Assembly: GCA_902515855.1 (NCBI GenBank)
Contig: CABXWC010000003.1
Span: forward strand, 4,289-68,288
Source: an uncultured SAR92 cluster bacterium
Lineage (GTDB): Bacteria > Pseudomonadota > Gammaproteobacteria > Pseudomonadales > Porticoccaceae
DNA length: 64,000 nucleotides
Direction: 5' to 3'
Shown here piece after piece: positions 41,106 to 50,225 of this stretch. Each line of letters begins with the position of its first letter. Position 1 is the first letter of the stretch. Below the pieces are notes generated by a model. It was not told the origin of the DNA, made no database searches, and saw nothing but the letters and a program-made list of their open reading frames with translations. Position numbers and translations under genes: made by a program.

Positions 41106-41137
41106 AGTACGGTAATAAACGAGAATTTTATATATAT

Positions 41138-41154
41138 ATGTTATATTATAACAC
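41138..41154. promoter_or_regulatory. Zur box 2 (ATGTTATATTATAACAC)
   Basis: 16 of 17 positions match the reverse complement of box 1. It ends 10 nt before the zur ATG. Confidence 0.65.
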
Positions 41155-41164
41155 TTTTTAGCTC

Positions 41165-41650
41165 ATGCTGACGAATTACAGCTTAGTATTTCAGGGAAGT
41201 AATCGTCAAAAAAGCATAGTTGCGGCTATTAAGCACGCCGAATCATTATGCATGACTGAAAATCAAAACTTTACAGCGTTGAGACGCTTAGTTTTTGAAA
41301 TCATATGGGAAAATTCTGTGCCGCTTGGTGCCTACGAAGTTAAAAATATCCTCTCTAGAAAAACGAGCAAATCAGTTGATCCACCAACAGTCTATCGCGC
41401 AATTGAGTTCCTTATGAAGCTGGGCCTTGTCACTAAAATTTCAGCATTAAATGCTTTCATTGGATGTCCCTTTCCATCAAGCACTCGAAGTAACTTTTTT
41501 ATGATATGCAATGAGTGCAAAAGGGTTGCTGAAGTATCAAGTTCTGAAGTTGATAATGAGATTAAGTCAATAGCTGGTAAATTAAGCTTCGCTTCAGAAC
41601 GCCAACAAATAGAAATTTTTGGAACCTGCGTATCTTGCAAAACAGACTAA
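41165..41650 (+). CDS. zur: Zinc uptake regulator (Fur family)
   Basis: 161 aa that aligns by eye with E. coli Zur (AIKHAESLC....N..FT..R..V...., PPTVYRA.EFL...G.V.K). Cys pairs CNECKR and CVSC. It is preceded by two Zur boxes. Confidence 0.8.
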   Translation: MLTNYSLVFQGSNRQKSIVAAIKHAESLCMTENQNFTALRRLVFEIIWENSVPLGAYEVKNILSRKTSKSVDPPTVYRAIEFLMKLGLVTKISALNAFIGCPFPSSTRSNFFMICNECKRVAEVSSSEVDNEIKSIAGKLSFASERQQIEIFGTCVSCKTD

Positions 41651-41674
41651 GGAATTTAAAGCGATTGCTTCACG

Positions 41675-42316
41675 TTAAAAAACATAGGCTATCGAGCGCC
41701 ATGTCTGTCGAAGCTTTTCCGGAGTATGCGGCACCTTGAAAAATCCGTGATAATCGCCTTTAGGATTGATTAATAATATTTGCGTGCTATGGTCGATTGT
41801 ATATTCGTCGTCATCTAAATATACCCTGTTGTATGCAATATTTACCTCACTAGCGAATCTTTTTATGTAGTGCTTGTTCCCCGTAACACCAATAAAATTA
41901 GCATTAAAATAAGGTATGTACTCAGACAGCGATTCTACTGTATCTCTCTCTGAATCTAAGGAAACTAAGACTACCTGCAACTTATCTTTTTCTGATTCTT
42001 TCAATTTGTCATAAGTATCATTCAAAATAGAAAGTGTAGTAGGGCAGAAATCAGGACACTGAGTAAAGCCAAAAAACACCATACTCCACTTACCTACAAG
42101 TTGCTCTTTAGAAAATCTCTGACCTAAGTGGTTAATTAGTTCAAAATCGCTAAAAATTCTTGGCGTATCAAGGACAATTGCGCCATTGGCCTGTAACTGC
42201 TCTTTTTTCATTACAACAGGTTGATTCATTTTCCACACAAAACCAACTACAACTAAAGCTATGAAGCAAAGCACTCCGAATACGGTTAATTGAATACCTG
42301 ATTTTTGACTCAACAT
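41675..42316 (-). CDS. SCO1/SenC copper chaperone for cytochrome oxidase
   Basis: 213 aa with an N-terminal TM anchor, the thioredoxin-fold CxxxC (FTQCPDFCPTT) and the downstream IDHST His ligand. Confidence 0.85.
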   Translation of the reverse strand: MLSQKSGIQLTVFGVLCFIALVVVGFVWKMNQPVVMKKEQLQANGAIVLDTPRIFSDFELINHLGQRFSKEQLVGKWSMVFFGFTQCPDFCPTTLSILNDTYDKLKESEKDKLQVVLVSLDSERDTVESLSEYIPYFNANFIGVTGNKHYIKRFASEVNIAYNRVYLDDDEYTIDHSTQILLINPKGDYHGFFKVPHTPEKLRQTWRSIAYVF

Positions 42317-42333
42317 AATCTATATACCAAATA

Positions 42334-43227
42334 TCAAATTAAAAAAAGATAGTGATCAACAAGCATTAAAATAAAGAGAATCGCTAGATATGTTATCGAG
42401 TACCTAAAGGTTTTGATCCCTGCGTCCTTATCTTTGTTTACCAACATTACAAATGCCCAATACAAAAATATCAATCCCAAAAGTATTTCTCCAATCAGGT
42501 AGAGTAATCCAAACATTCCCGTAAGATATGGCAAAGTAGTGACGATCAAAAGTAGCAGTGTATACAACAAAATATTTATCTTCGTAAACCGCTCTCCATG
42601 TGTCACTGGTAACATTGGGATTCCAACCTTGGCATATTCGTCTTTTCTATGAACCGCTAGAGCCCAAAAATGCGGGGGAGTCCAAGCAAAAATTACTAAA
42701 ACTAACAAAAGAGCATTGTGATGAATTTCGCCAGTCACAGCTGTCCAACCAAGAAGAGGAGGTGCGGCTCCAGCTAACCCTCCGATAACAATATTTTGTG
42801 GTGTGGCTCTTTTCAAAAACATCGTGTAAACAAACGCGTATCCGACAAGCGAGGCTAATGTTAACCAAATAGTTAAAACATTTGTGTATAGATACAGTAT
42901 CAACACGCCTAAGAGACACATTGAAGCGGAAAATATCATTGCTTCAAATGGCTTGATTCGCCCATCAGCCACTGGCCGACCGATGGTGCGAGCCATCTTG
43001 TCGTCAACATGTCTATCAACAACATGATTAATGACTGCAGCGGAAGCAGCACAAAGCGCTATCCCAAGATTTCCAAAAACTAATGTCAATATTGGAACCA
43101 TCTCTTTTACAGACAACATCATTCCTATGATTGACGTTACAAGCATCAAGCCAACAACATTCGGTTTGCATAACTCCAAATAGTCACGCCAGCTCACGTC
43201 TCGTATTGTTATTTCAGATTCGTTCAT
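42334..43227 (-). CDS. cyoE: Protoheme IX farnesyltransferase (heme O synthase)
   Basis: 297 aa, polytopic UbiA family. NHVVDRHVDDKMARTIGRP, QNIVIGG.AGA.PPL.GW, WTPPHFWALA. Confidence 0.9.
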   Translation of the reverse strand: MNESEITIRDVSWRDYLELCKPNVVGLMLVTSIIGMMLSVKEMVPILTLVFGNLGIALCAASAAVINHVVDRHVDDKMARTIGRPVADGRIKPFEAMIFSASMCLLGVLILYLYTNVLTIWLTLASLVGYAFVYTMFLKRATPQNIVIGGLAGAAPPLLGWTAVTGEIHHNALLLVLVIFAWTPPHFWALAVHRKDEYAKVGIPMLPVTHGERFTKINILLYTLLLLIVTTLPYLTGMFGLLYLIGEILLGLIFLYWAFVMLVNKDKDAGIKTFRYSITYLAILFILMLVDHYLFLI

Positions 43228-43262
43228 TATGAGGAGTATTAGGAAGCCTATTGGTTGCTTGC

Positions 43263-43874
43263 TTATCGCATGGGAGAATATTTTAGCAGATGTTTTACGT
43301 CATCTAGTAATCCATTGGGATCATGATCAGCTGTGTAAAAAAGGGTAGCTTTAAAATCTGGCGTGAGCACGAAGTACCTTGGGCTCAGCATATCCCATCC
43401 AGCAGTACTTGTACCTATAATTTGCTTTAACTCACTTGAGTCCAACCCAGTAATATTCAGAAATGGATTGACTGATTTTATGGCTTCTAGCGTCGTATCC
43501 GAAATTACCGAAAGATCCGTTAATAAAAATCTCTCCACCCTTCGTGTCGACTTGCCTAACAACATATGGACTTGTCTCATACTATAGGTCATATCCACAC
43601 AGGTGACTTCGCATTTACCAGGATCTACTACAATAATCTTCCACTTAGGGCTTTCAGAAGGAGTGACAGTAAATAGCGAAGAGAAGTCAACAGTAGGACT
43701 AACGATTTCTCCAGTGTTAGTTGTACCAAGCAGTGACATAATCTTTTGACGGTCTTCCTCGGTGTCAGGAATTAGGAGAAAACCCGAGGCTAGAACCCCA
43801 CCAATAATCAAAAACATTAACCAGATTTGTATTAGCGACCCTCGGTTTTTTATTTTTTCTGCTTCCATATTCAT
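43263..43874 (-). CDS. Membrane-anchored hypothetical protein of cytochrome-oxidase biogenesis clusters (CxxxC-containing)
   Basis: 203 aa with a single N-terminal TM helix and the GKCEVTC motif. It lies between SURF1 and heme O synthase, the position of a conserved hypothetical in Pseudomonas-type cox clusters. Confidence 0.5.
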   Translation of the reverse strand: MNMEAEKIKNRGSLIQIWLMFLIIGGVLASGFLLIPDTEEDRQKIMSLLGTTNTGEIVSPTVDFSSLFTVTPSESPKWKIIVVDPGKCEVTCVDMTYSMRQVHMLLGKSTRRVERFLLTDLSVISDTTLEAIKSVNPFLNITGLDSSELKQIIGTSTAGWDMLSPRYFVLTPDFKATLFYTADHDPNGLLDDVKHLLKYSPMR

Positions 43875-43893
43875 CCCTTGAACAAAAAGTACT

Positions 43894-44661
43894 TTATTTC
43901 ATAAAACGAGATGTCACCCATGCTATGACATTTGAATTCGCAACAAATGTCATAACTAACAATACGAATGACATAACAAACCATTGAACTGCATATCCAT
44001 AGTGCTTGCTTGGCTTCACCGAAACCGTCTCCCAACTTGCATCTAATGCCCCCACAGATCCTTGATCTAATCGAAGCTGGTATTTAAAAAAGCTTGGCGA
44101 TTCGAAGATATCTTTAGCTCTTTCGATATCAATAGAACCTAGCCTTACCGGCCATGACTTTGGAGATCTTATCCCATCATCAAGAGAAATTCCGCCTTTC
44201 AATCTTTTATATAGTGTGCCTTTATACTTTTGAATAGACTCTATGGACTTTACATCTGGAAGTATATCTCTGTTTAGTGATGCCTTTATCCAACCCCTAT
44301 TAACTAGCAAAGCCTTGTCAGACCTGTCACGGAGATCTTTAAAGATTAGATGTTCGTATACTTCGTATCCGGGTTTTCCATTCTTGACTTTATAATCCAG
44401 AAATATACGCTGGCTACTGATTAAGGTACCATTTACAAATGCAGGTCGATATTGAAGATCCGATTCGTCATCGAGCTCAGTAACATTAATGGTCTTCTTA
44501 GACTTATTATTGTCATACCTCTCAAGGATGGCAGCTTTTTCCTCCGCTCTTTCAAGTTGCCAAAGGCCAAGATAAACGAGCAAAGGAAATAAGAAAACGG
44601 AAAAAAGCAGTAATTTAGGCGTGATATTCCATTCAAAGCGTATTTTATAATGGTCAGTCAT
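43894..44661 (-). CDS. SURF1-family cytochrome oxidase assembly protein
   Basis: 255 aa. N- and C-terminal TM helices flank a periplasmic domain. LG.WQL.R and VNRGW motifs, and a YA.QWF-like C-terminus (YAVQWFVMS). Confidence 0.8.
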   Translation of the reverse strand: MTDHYKIRFEWNITPKLLLFSVFLFPLLVYLGLWQLERAEEKAAILERYDNNKSKKTINVTELDDESDLQYRPAFVNGTLISSQRIFLDYKVKNGKPGYEVYEHLIFKDLRDRSDKALLVNRGWIKASLNRDILPDVKSIESIQKYKGTLYKRLKGGISLDDGIRSPKSWPVRLGSIDIERAKDIFESPSFFKYQLRLDQGSVGALDASWETVSVKPSKHYGYAVQWFVMSFVLLVMTFVANSNVIAWVTSRFMK

Positions 44662-44701
44662 ATTTATCCTAAATAAATCAATTAATTTTTATAGGCATGC
44701 G

Positions 44702-44953
44702 ATGTTATTTAAAACAATTATAGTTCTTCTTTTTATCGGCGTGGTAGCTAGTCTATTTGGAGGCCTAAACTTTTTAGTTAAAGACCTTGGGAGCTCTAAA
44801 AAGCGACTCCTAAAACTTCTTTGGTTGCGAGTGATATTCGCAACATTGTTGTTACTAACAATTTTTATTGGGTCATATACCGGACACCTAACAAGTAGCG
44901 CCCCATGGGATAAGAAGTTACACCCGGAAAATACTGTCGCACCAATAAATTAA
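44702..44953 (+). CDS. Small two-TM protein (DUF2909-like)
   Basis: 83 aa. Two hydrophobic helices are separated by KDLGSSKKRLLK. It is oppositely oriented between coxC and SURF1, a recurrent feature of these clusters. Confidence 0.55.
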   Translation: MLFKTIIVLLFIGVVASLFGGLNFLVKDLGSSKKRLLKLLWLRVIFATLLLLTIFIGSYTGHLTSSAPWDKKLHPENTVAPIN

Positions 44954-44959
44954 TGTAAT

Positions 44960-45913
44960 TTAGTCAAACACATAAACGACTAGAAATAGTCCCACCCAAA
45001 CAACATCGACAAAGTGCCAATACCAAGCAGCAGCCTCAAAACCAAAATGATCATCATTTTTAAAATGACCTTTCAATCCTCTTAAAAACGAGACCAGCAG
45101 CATGATGGTTCCCAGAGTAACATGAGCGCCATGGAAGCCCGTTAACAGGAAGAAAGTTGTTCCATAAATGCCGGAGTCTAAGGTGAGACCCATGTGCTGA
45201 TATGCCTCGATATACTCTTCAGCCTGAAGTATAAGAAATACTCCTCCAAGAAAAACTGTAATGCCCAGCCATCGAATAAATATTTTTCTGTTACCTTCTT
45301 TTAAAGCGTGATGAGCAATGTTTACTGTGTAACTTGAGGTTAAAAGAATTATCGTATTCCACAGGGGCAACCAAGCTAATATCCTCTGCCAATTACTGAA
45401 CCCAGGAAAACTCATCGCTTGATCTGGACCAACAAACTTGGCAGAATCTCCATTTGCAGCCTGGTCCGGGGTTACAAGCGGCGGCCATGTTGATTCATAT
45501 CCTGGATAAAGTAATTCAGAGTTTGCTACAGAAGCATCTGTAGGCGTATCGTCGAAAAGAGTGATTGCAGCCTCGCCACCAATCCACGGATTCACGAGAA
45601 CTCGAACATAAAATAATGCGCCGAAAAAGGCTGCAAAAAACATGACTTCAGAAAAAATGAACCAGAGCATTCCCAAAACATAGGAATGTTTCAACTGATC
45701 GCTAACCATCCCCTTCATATTTTCTTCTATAACAATACTCCACCACTTGTACATGACTATTGCTAGTATCGCTAAACCAACAACAAAGACGGTCGCAGAT
45801 TGACCATCTATAACCCAAGTAGCCGCCCCAAAACCCATAGTTCCCATTCCCAACGCCGCAAGAAGCGGAAGTTTGCTCTGCTCAGGAACATAATAGTTGC
45901 CTTGTTCAGCCAT
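44960..45913 (-). CDS. coxC: Cytochrome c oxidase subunit III
   Basis: 317 aa. FF.ALFY, GFHGAHV..G and WYWHFVDVVW. It has an extended periplasmic loop compared with typical forms of about 295 aa. Confidence 0.9.
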   Translation of the reverse strand: MAEQGNYYVPEQSKLPLLAALGMGTMGFGAATWVIDGQSATVFVVGLAILAIVMYKWWSIVIEENMKGMVSDQLKHSYVLGMLWFIFSEVMFFAAFFGALFYVRVLVNPWIGGEAAITLFDDTPTDASVANSELLYPGYESTWPPLVTPDQAANGDSAKFVGPDQAMSFPGFSNWQRILAWLPLWNTIILLTSSYTVNIAHHALKEGNRKIFIRWLGITVFLGGVFLILQAEEYIEAYQHMGLTLDSGIYGTTFFLLTGFHGAHVTLGTIMLLVSFLRGLKGHFKNDDHFGFEAAAWYWHFVDVVWVGLFLVVYVFD

Positions 45914-45924
45914 AATCTCTCCCT

Positions 45925-46476
45925 CTACAGCTGTGTCATTTGAAGATCGGTAACTCGATCGGTGATATCAAAAATAGTATACGACAGTGTTACAGTGTTT
46001 ACACTTTTAGGCAGATCTGGATCTATGATAAACCTGACCATTAATTCAGCATCATCTCCCGCACTCAATGGTTGGTTATTAAAACAAAAACATTCTGTCT
46101 TATGAAAATAATCAGCGGCATTATTGGGCAGAATATTGGGTATTGCTTGCCCGACCATATCCTTACCTGTTAAATTTTTTGCGTAATAAGATATTTCTTT
46201 TGGTTCCCCAGGATGAATAAAAACTTTTTCCTTCACAGGATAAAATTCCCAAGGCATAGTTGCATTGTTAGCCACCACAAATTGCACCTCAACTAATCTC
46301 GTTTCATCAACAGTAAGCCTTTCTGCCTGATAAGGTCCTGAGGTTCTACCCCCTATACCTGTTATTTCGCAGAACAAATCATAAAGAGGAGGCAACACAA
46401 AGATTGCAAATAAAAACATCACTATCGCGGCGAAAATCGACTTGATTATGACTGGCTTGTGCGATGTTCCATTCAT
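45925..46476 (-). CDS. ctaG: Cytochrome c oxidase assembly protein CtaG/Cox11
   Basis: 183 aa with an N-terminal TM helix, LYDLFCEITG and the copper site CFCF (HKTECFCFNNQ). Confidence 0.85.
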   Translation of the reverse strand: MNGTSHKPVIIKSIFAAIVMFLFAIFVLPPLYDLFCEITGIGGRTSGPYQAERLTVDETRLVEVQFVVANNATMPWEFYPVKEKVFIHPGEPKEISYYAKNLTGKDMVGQAIPNILPNNAADYFHKTECFCFNNQPLSAGDDAELMVRFIIDPDLPKSVNTVTLSYTIFDITDRVTDLQMTQL

Positions 46477-46488
46477 TGAAGGTAGTAC

Positions 46489-48045
46489 CTATTTTACGAC
46501 TGGAGGCGTTGAAAACGTATGAAAGGGTGGTGGTGTAGGTAGAGTCCATTCCAATCCATCAGCACCTTCCCAAACTTTTGGATCCTCCACAGGCTTTCCC
46601 CAACCGATTGTTCTTATAACATTAAATAAAAACAGAAGTTGCGCTCCTCCATACATAAAGGCACCAATACTAGAAACCATATTCCAATCAGCAAACTGAA
46701 GACCATAATCTGAATATCTTCTTGGCATACCCGCCAATCCGAGAAAGTGTTGCGGCATAAAAGTTATGTTGAAAGCAATAAACGCGAGCCAGAATTGCAC
46801 CTTCCCCATCGTCTCATCGTACATGCGGCCACACCATTTTGGCAGCCAATAGTATATTGCAGCTGTCCCACTGAACACCGCTCCTGCAACCATAACGTAA
46901 TGGAAGTGAGCTACAACAAAATAAGTATCGTGGTATTGAGTATCTGCTGCTGCTATCGACAGCATCATCCCCGTGAAACCACCAAACGTAAATAATATTA
47001 CAAATGCAATACAAAACAGCATCGGAGTCTCGAATGTGAGAGCACCTTTATACATTGTTGTAATCCAATTAAAAACTTTTACGCCTGTAGGCACAGCAAT
47101 CAGCATAGTCGCGTACATAAAATAGAGCTCGCCTGCTATTGGCATACCAACTGTAAACATGTGATGCGCCCAAACTATAAAGGACAAAAATGCTATTGCT
47201 GCCGTCGCATAGACCATTGAAGAATAGCCAAAAAGGGGCTTCCTACTAAACGTTGGTATGATTTGAGAAACCACTCCAAATGCTGGAAGAATTATAATAT
47301 ACACCTCAGGGTGCCCAAAAAACCAAAATACATGCTGAAAGAGAACTGGATCACCACCACCAGCGGCATCAAAGAAACTTGTACCAAAGTTAATATCCAT
47401 AAGCATCATGGTGACAGCGCCCGCGAGAACCGGCATAACCGCTACGAGCAAAAATGCTGTAATTAACCAAGTCCAAACAAACAACGGCATCTTCATATAA
47501 GTCATACCTGGCGCTCTCATATTCATGACTGTCGCTATTATGTTAATAGAACCCATAATTGATGATGCACCCATTAAATGCACACCAAAAATAAAATAGT
47601 TGACAGTATCAGGAGCGTAAGTAGTTGAAAGAGGCGCATAAAATGTCCAGCCGAAATTAGGCCCACCGCCTTCCATAAAAAGTGTCGAAACTAAAATCGT
47701 AAAAGCAAATGGCAAAATCCAGAAACTTAAATTATTCATTCTCGGTAAAGCCATATCAGGCGCTCCTATCATCATAGGAATTAACCAATTGGCTAAACCA
47801 ACAAAAGCAGGCATGATCGCACCAAAAACCATGACCAATCCATGCATCGTTGTCATTTGGTTAAAGAACTCTGGCTTTATCAACTGCATACCCGGCTGAA
47901 AAAGTTCAGCTCGAATAATCATCGCAAAAGCTCCACCGAGAAGGAACATTGCAAAGCTAAACCATAGATATAGTGTCCCTATATCCTTGTGATTGGTGCT
48001 AAAAAACCATCTTGTAAAAAAGTTTTCGGAAGGTCCGTGTGCCAT
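46489..48045 (-). CDS. ctaD: Cytochrome c oxidase subunit I (aa3-type)
   Basis: 518 aa. NHKDIGTLY, WFFGHPEVYI, HHMF and the HFHYV ligand motifs. Confidence 0.97.
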   Translation of the reverse strand: MAHGPSENFFTRWFFSTNHKDIGTLYLWFSFAMFLLGGAFAMIIRAELFQPGMQLIKPEFFNQMTTMHGLVMVFGAIMPAFVGLANWLIPMMIGAPDMALPRMNNLSFWILPFAFTILVSTLFMEGGGPNFGWTFYAPLSTTYAPDTVNYFIFGVHLMGASSIMGSINIIATVMNMRAPGMTYMKMPLFVWTWLITAFLLVAVMPVLAGAVTMMLMDINFGTSFFDAAGGGDPVLFQHVFWFFGHPEVYIIILPAFGVVSQIIPTFSRKPLFGYSSMVYATAAIAFLSFIVWAHHMFTVGMPIAGELYFMYATMLIAVPTGVKVFNWITTMYKGALTFETPMLFCIAFVILFTFGGFTGMMLSIAAADTQYHDTYFVVAHFHYVMVAGAVFSGTAAIYYWLPKWCGRMYDETMGKVQFWLAFIAFNITFMPQHFLGLAGMPRRYSDYGLQFADWNMVSSIGAFMYGGAQLLFLFNVIRTIGWGKPVEDPKVWEGADGLEWTLPTPPPFHTFSTPPVVK

Positions 48046-48058
48046 CTAAAAAATACCT

Positions 48059-49204
48059 CTAGCGTGATTGCTTATAATTGAGAATATCTAAAGGTTGAAC
48101 AGTGTCATTCATATTGTTCCCCCAAGAGTTTCGTTTGTAGTGAATAACCGCGGCAATGTCCACTTCAGACAATTGGTCTGCGAACGACTGCATTGCAGAC
48201 CCTGCAACTCCGTTAATAAGAATACCTATATGATCTTCAACGGGTCCTGTTACAATTGAACTGCCAACCAAAGATGGAAATATTCCTGCTATACCCTCTC
48301 CTTGGGCCTGATGACATCCTGCACAGGAAATACCGTATATCTCCTCACCCTTTGCCATCAGTTCAGAGTCTGACCAATTTTTCCCTATTGTGGACTCATA
48401 AAGCACTGCCTCCGCCTTTTTTCCAGCAAGCCACTCGTAATAATCTGCTTCTTCCTTGACTTCTACAACAACAGGCATTCTTGAATGATCTTTACCGCAT
48501 AATTCCGTACACGCTCCAACATAAACACCTGGTTGATCTGTTTTTGCCCAAGCCGAAGTAAACAATCCTGGTATAGCATCTCGTTTCACAGCAAAATCGG
48601 GAACCCACCAACTATGGATCACATCGTTACCAGTAATAAGGAAGCGAACTTTCTTATTAGTTGGAATCACTAGTGGCTGCGTTACCTCCCTTAAATAGTG
48701 TTCTCCTTTCGCTGCTCTCCCGTACTGCTCATCTTGTGACGTACGCAGTTCACTCATGAATTTTATACCTTCCCCAATGTATTCGTACTGCCATTTCCAT
48801 TGATATCCAGTTACTTTTATGTCGATGTCAGGATTTTCTGTGTCGTACACTTTTAACAATGAGGTAGTCGCAGGAAAGGCCATACCCAAAAGTATTATCG
48901 CTGGCACTATTGTCCATATTACCTCTACCGTAAAGTTTTCATGGAAGTTTGCCGCCTTGACGCCTCGCGATTTTCTATGAGCGTACATAACATAGAACAT
49001 AAACCCAAATACGACGACCCCTATCGCTATGCAAACATACATCATCAGCATGTGAACATCATATGCAGACTTACTAACTTCAGTAACTCCGCGCGGCATA
49101 TTGAGGTTCCAAAGGCCGCTTTCAGCCGCCACGCCTATCGATGTCAGGCAAGAAAAGGTGAAAGCCAGGAATGCATTGTAGTGACGCAAAATTTGCTTTT
49201 TCAT
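48059..49204 (-). CDS. coxB: Cytochrome c oxidase subunit II with C-terminal cytochrome c domain
   Basis: 381 aa with a signal peptide and two TM helices, the CuA site (VIHSWWVP...CTELCGKDHSRM) and a C-terminal CAGCHQ heme-c site. Confidence 0.9.
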   Translation of the reverse strand: MKKQILRHYNAFLAFTFSCLTSIGVAAESGLWNLNMPRGVTEVSKSAYDVHMLMMYVCIAIGVVVFGFMFYVMYAHRKSRGVKAANFHENFTVEVIWTIVPAIILLGMAFPATTSLLKVYDTENPDIDIKVTGYQWKWQYEYIGEGIKFMSELRTSQDEQYGRAAKGEHYLREVTQPLVIPTNKKVRFLITGNDVIHSWWVPDFAVKRDAIPGLFTSAWAKTDQPGVYVGACTELCGKDHSRMPVVVEVKEEADYYEWLAGKKAEAVLYESTIGKNWSDSELMAKGEEIYGISCAGCHQAQGEGIAGIFPSLVGSSIVTGPVEDHIGILINGVAGSAMQSFADQLSEVDIAAVIHYKRNSWGNNMNDTVQPLDILNYKQSR

Positions 49205-49391
49205 TTGAGCTATCTCTAAGATTTGTCAGGCTAGTTTGCAAAGCAAGTTACACTGCAGTACCTGCTCCACTAATTAACTTAAATATAATATCATTTCTTT
49301 ATACGAATCACTAGCCAAAAAGCGATTAAATCCCGCGTGATACTTAACATTTGCCAAATTTTGCACCGTAAGTGACTGAATGGATATTCAA

Positions 49392-49631
49392 TCATTTTGG
49401 ATCAATGAATCTCACCGGACTAACTTCATGATCTTTTTGATTCTGACTGGCGTTTACGCGGGTTGTTAACTCATTAGGCAATGAAGATATACGTATCTCG
49501 TCTTTAAAACTACAAACTACACATTCTCTATAATTCACATTGTCTTTCGAATAAGTCACCAGCTTGTCTAGTAGCCCACACTTGGGGCAAACTACCCCCG
49601 CAATGAATCTTTTTTTTGTTGAAAATTTCAT
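49392..49631 (-). CDS. yheV: YheV-family zinc-ribbon protein
   Basis: 79 aa. KKRFIAGVVCPKCG....D......N...ECVVC matches the E. coli YheV pattern. Confidence 0.7.
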   Translation of the reverse strand: MKFSTKKRFIAGVVCPKCGLLDKLVTYSKDNVNYRECVVCSFKDEIRISSLPNELTTRVNASQNQKDHEVSPVRFIDPK

Positions 49632-49675
49632 AAAGCCTCAACTGTTACTGCAAGTATTATACGGAGCAAACCAAA

Positions 49676-50218
49676 ATGGATCACCCTATTCGCACATTTG
49701 AAAACCAAACACCCATTGTTGGCCAACGTGTTTTTGTCGACAGGCTCGCAACAGTTATAGGAAATGTCAGGTTAGGTGATGACGTTTCAGTTTGGCCAGG
49801 GGCAGTCATTAGAGGGGACATGCATAGAATAAAAATCGGGGATCGAACATGCATCCAAGACAACGCGGTTCTTCATATTACTCATGCGTCTGAATTTAAT
49901 GAGGACGGATGGCCATTAGACCTAGGCGACGATGTAATTGTTGGCCATGGAGCTATATTACATGGATGCATCATCAAAAATGAGGTTTTAATTGGCAACG
50001 GTGCCATCATCAATGATGGGGCGGTTGTAGACAAACACACTATTGTCGGTGCTGGAGCCTTAGTGCCCCCTGGCAAAACATTAGAAGCAGGATATGTATA
50101 TGTTGGGAATCCGTGTAAGAAACTACGCAACATAACCGAAAAAGAAAGAGCCTTTTTCAAATACTCTGCAAGTAATTACGTGAACTTAAAGAATAAATAC
50201 ATTAAAGGTTTTGGTTAA
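49676..50218 (+). CDS. yrdA: Gamma-class carbonic anhydrase-like hexapeptide-repeat protein (YrdA-like)
   Basis: 180 aa that aligns with E. coli YrdA (P.VGQRVF.D....VIG.VRLGDDVS.WP..VIRGD...I.IG.RT.IQD...LH.TH). It neighbours aroE, as in E. coli. Confidence 0.85.
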   Translation: MDHPIRTFENQTPIVGQRVFVDRLATVIGNVRLGDDVSVWPGAVIRGDMHRIKIGDRTCIQDNAVLHITHASEFNEDGWPLDLGDDVIVGHGAILHGCIIKNEVLIGNGAIINDGAVVDKHTIVGAGALVPPGKTLEAGYVYVGNPCKKLRNITEKERAFFKYSASNYVNLKNKYIKGFG

Positions 50219-50225
50219 AGAAAAT

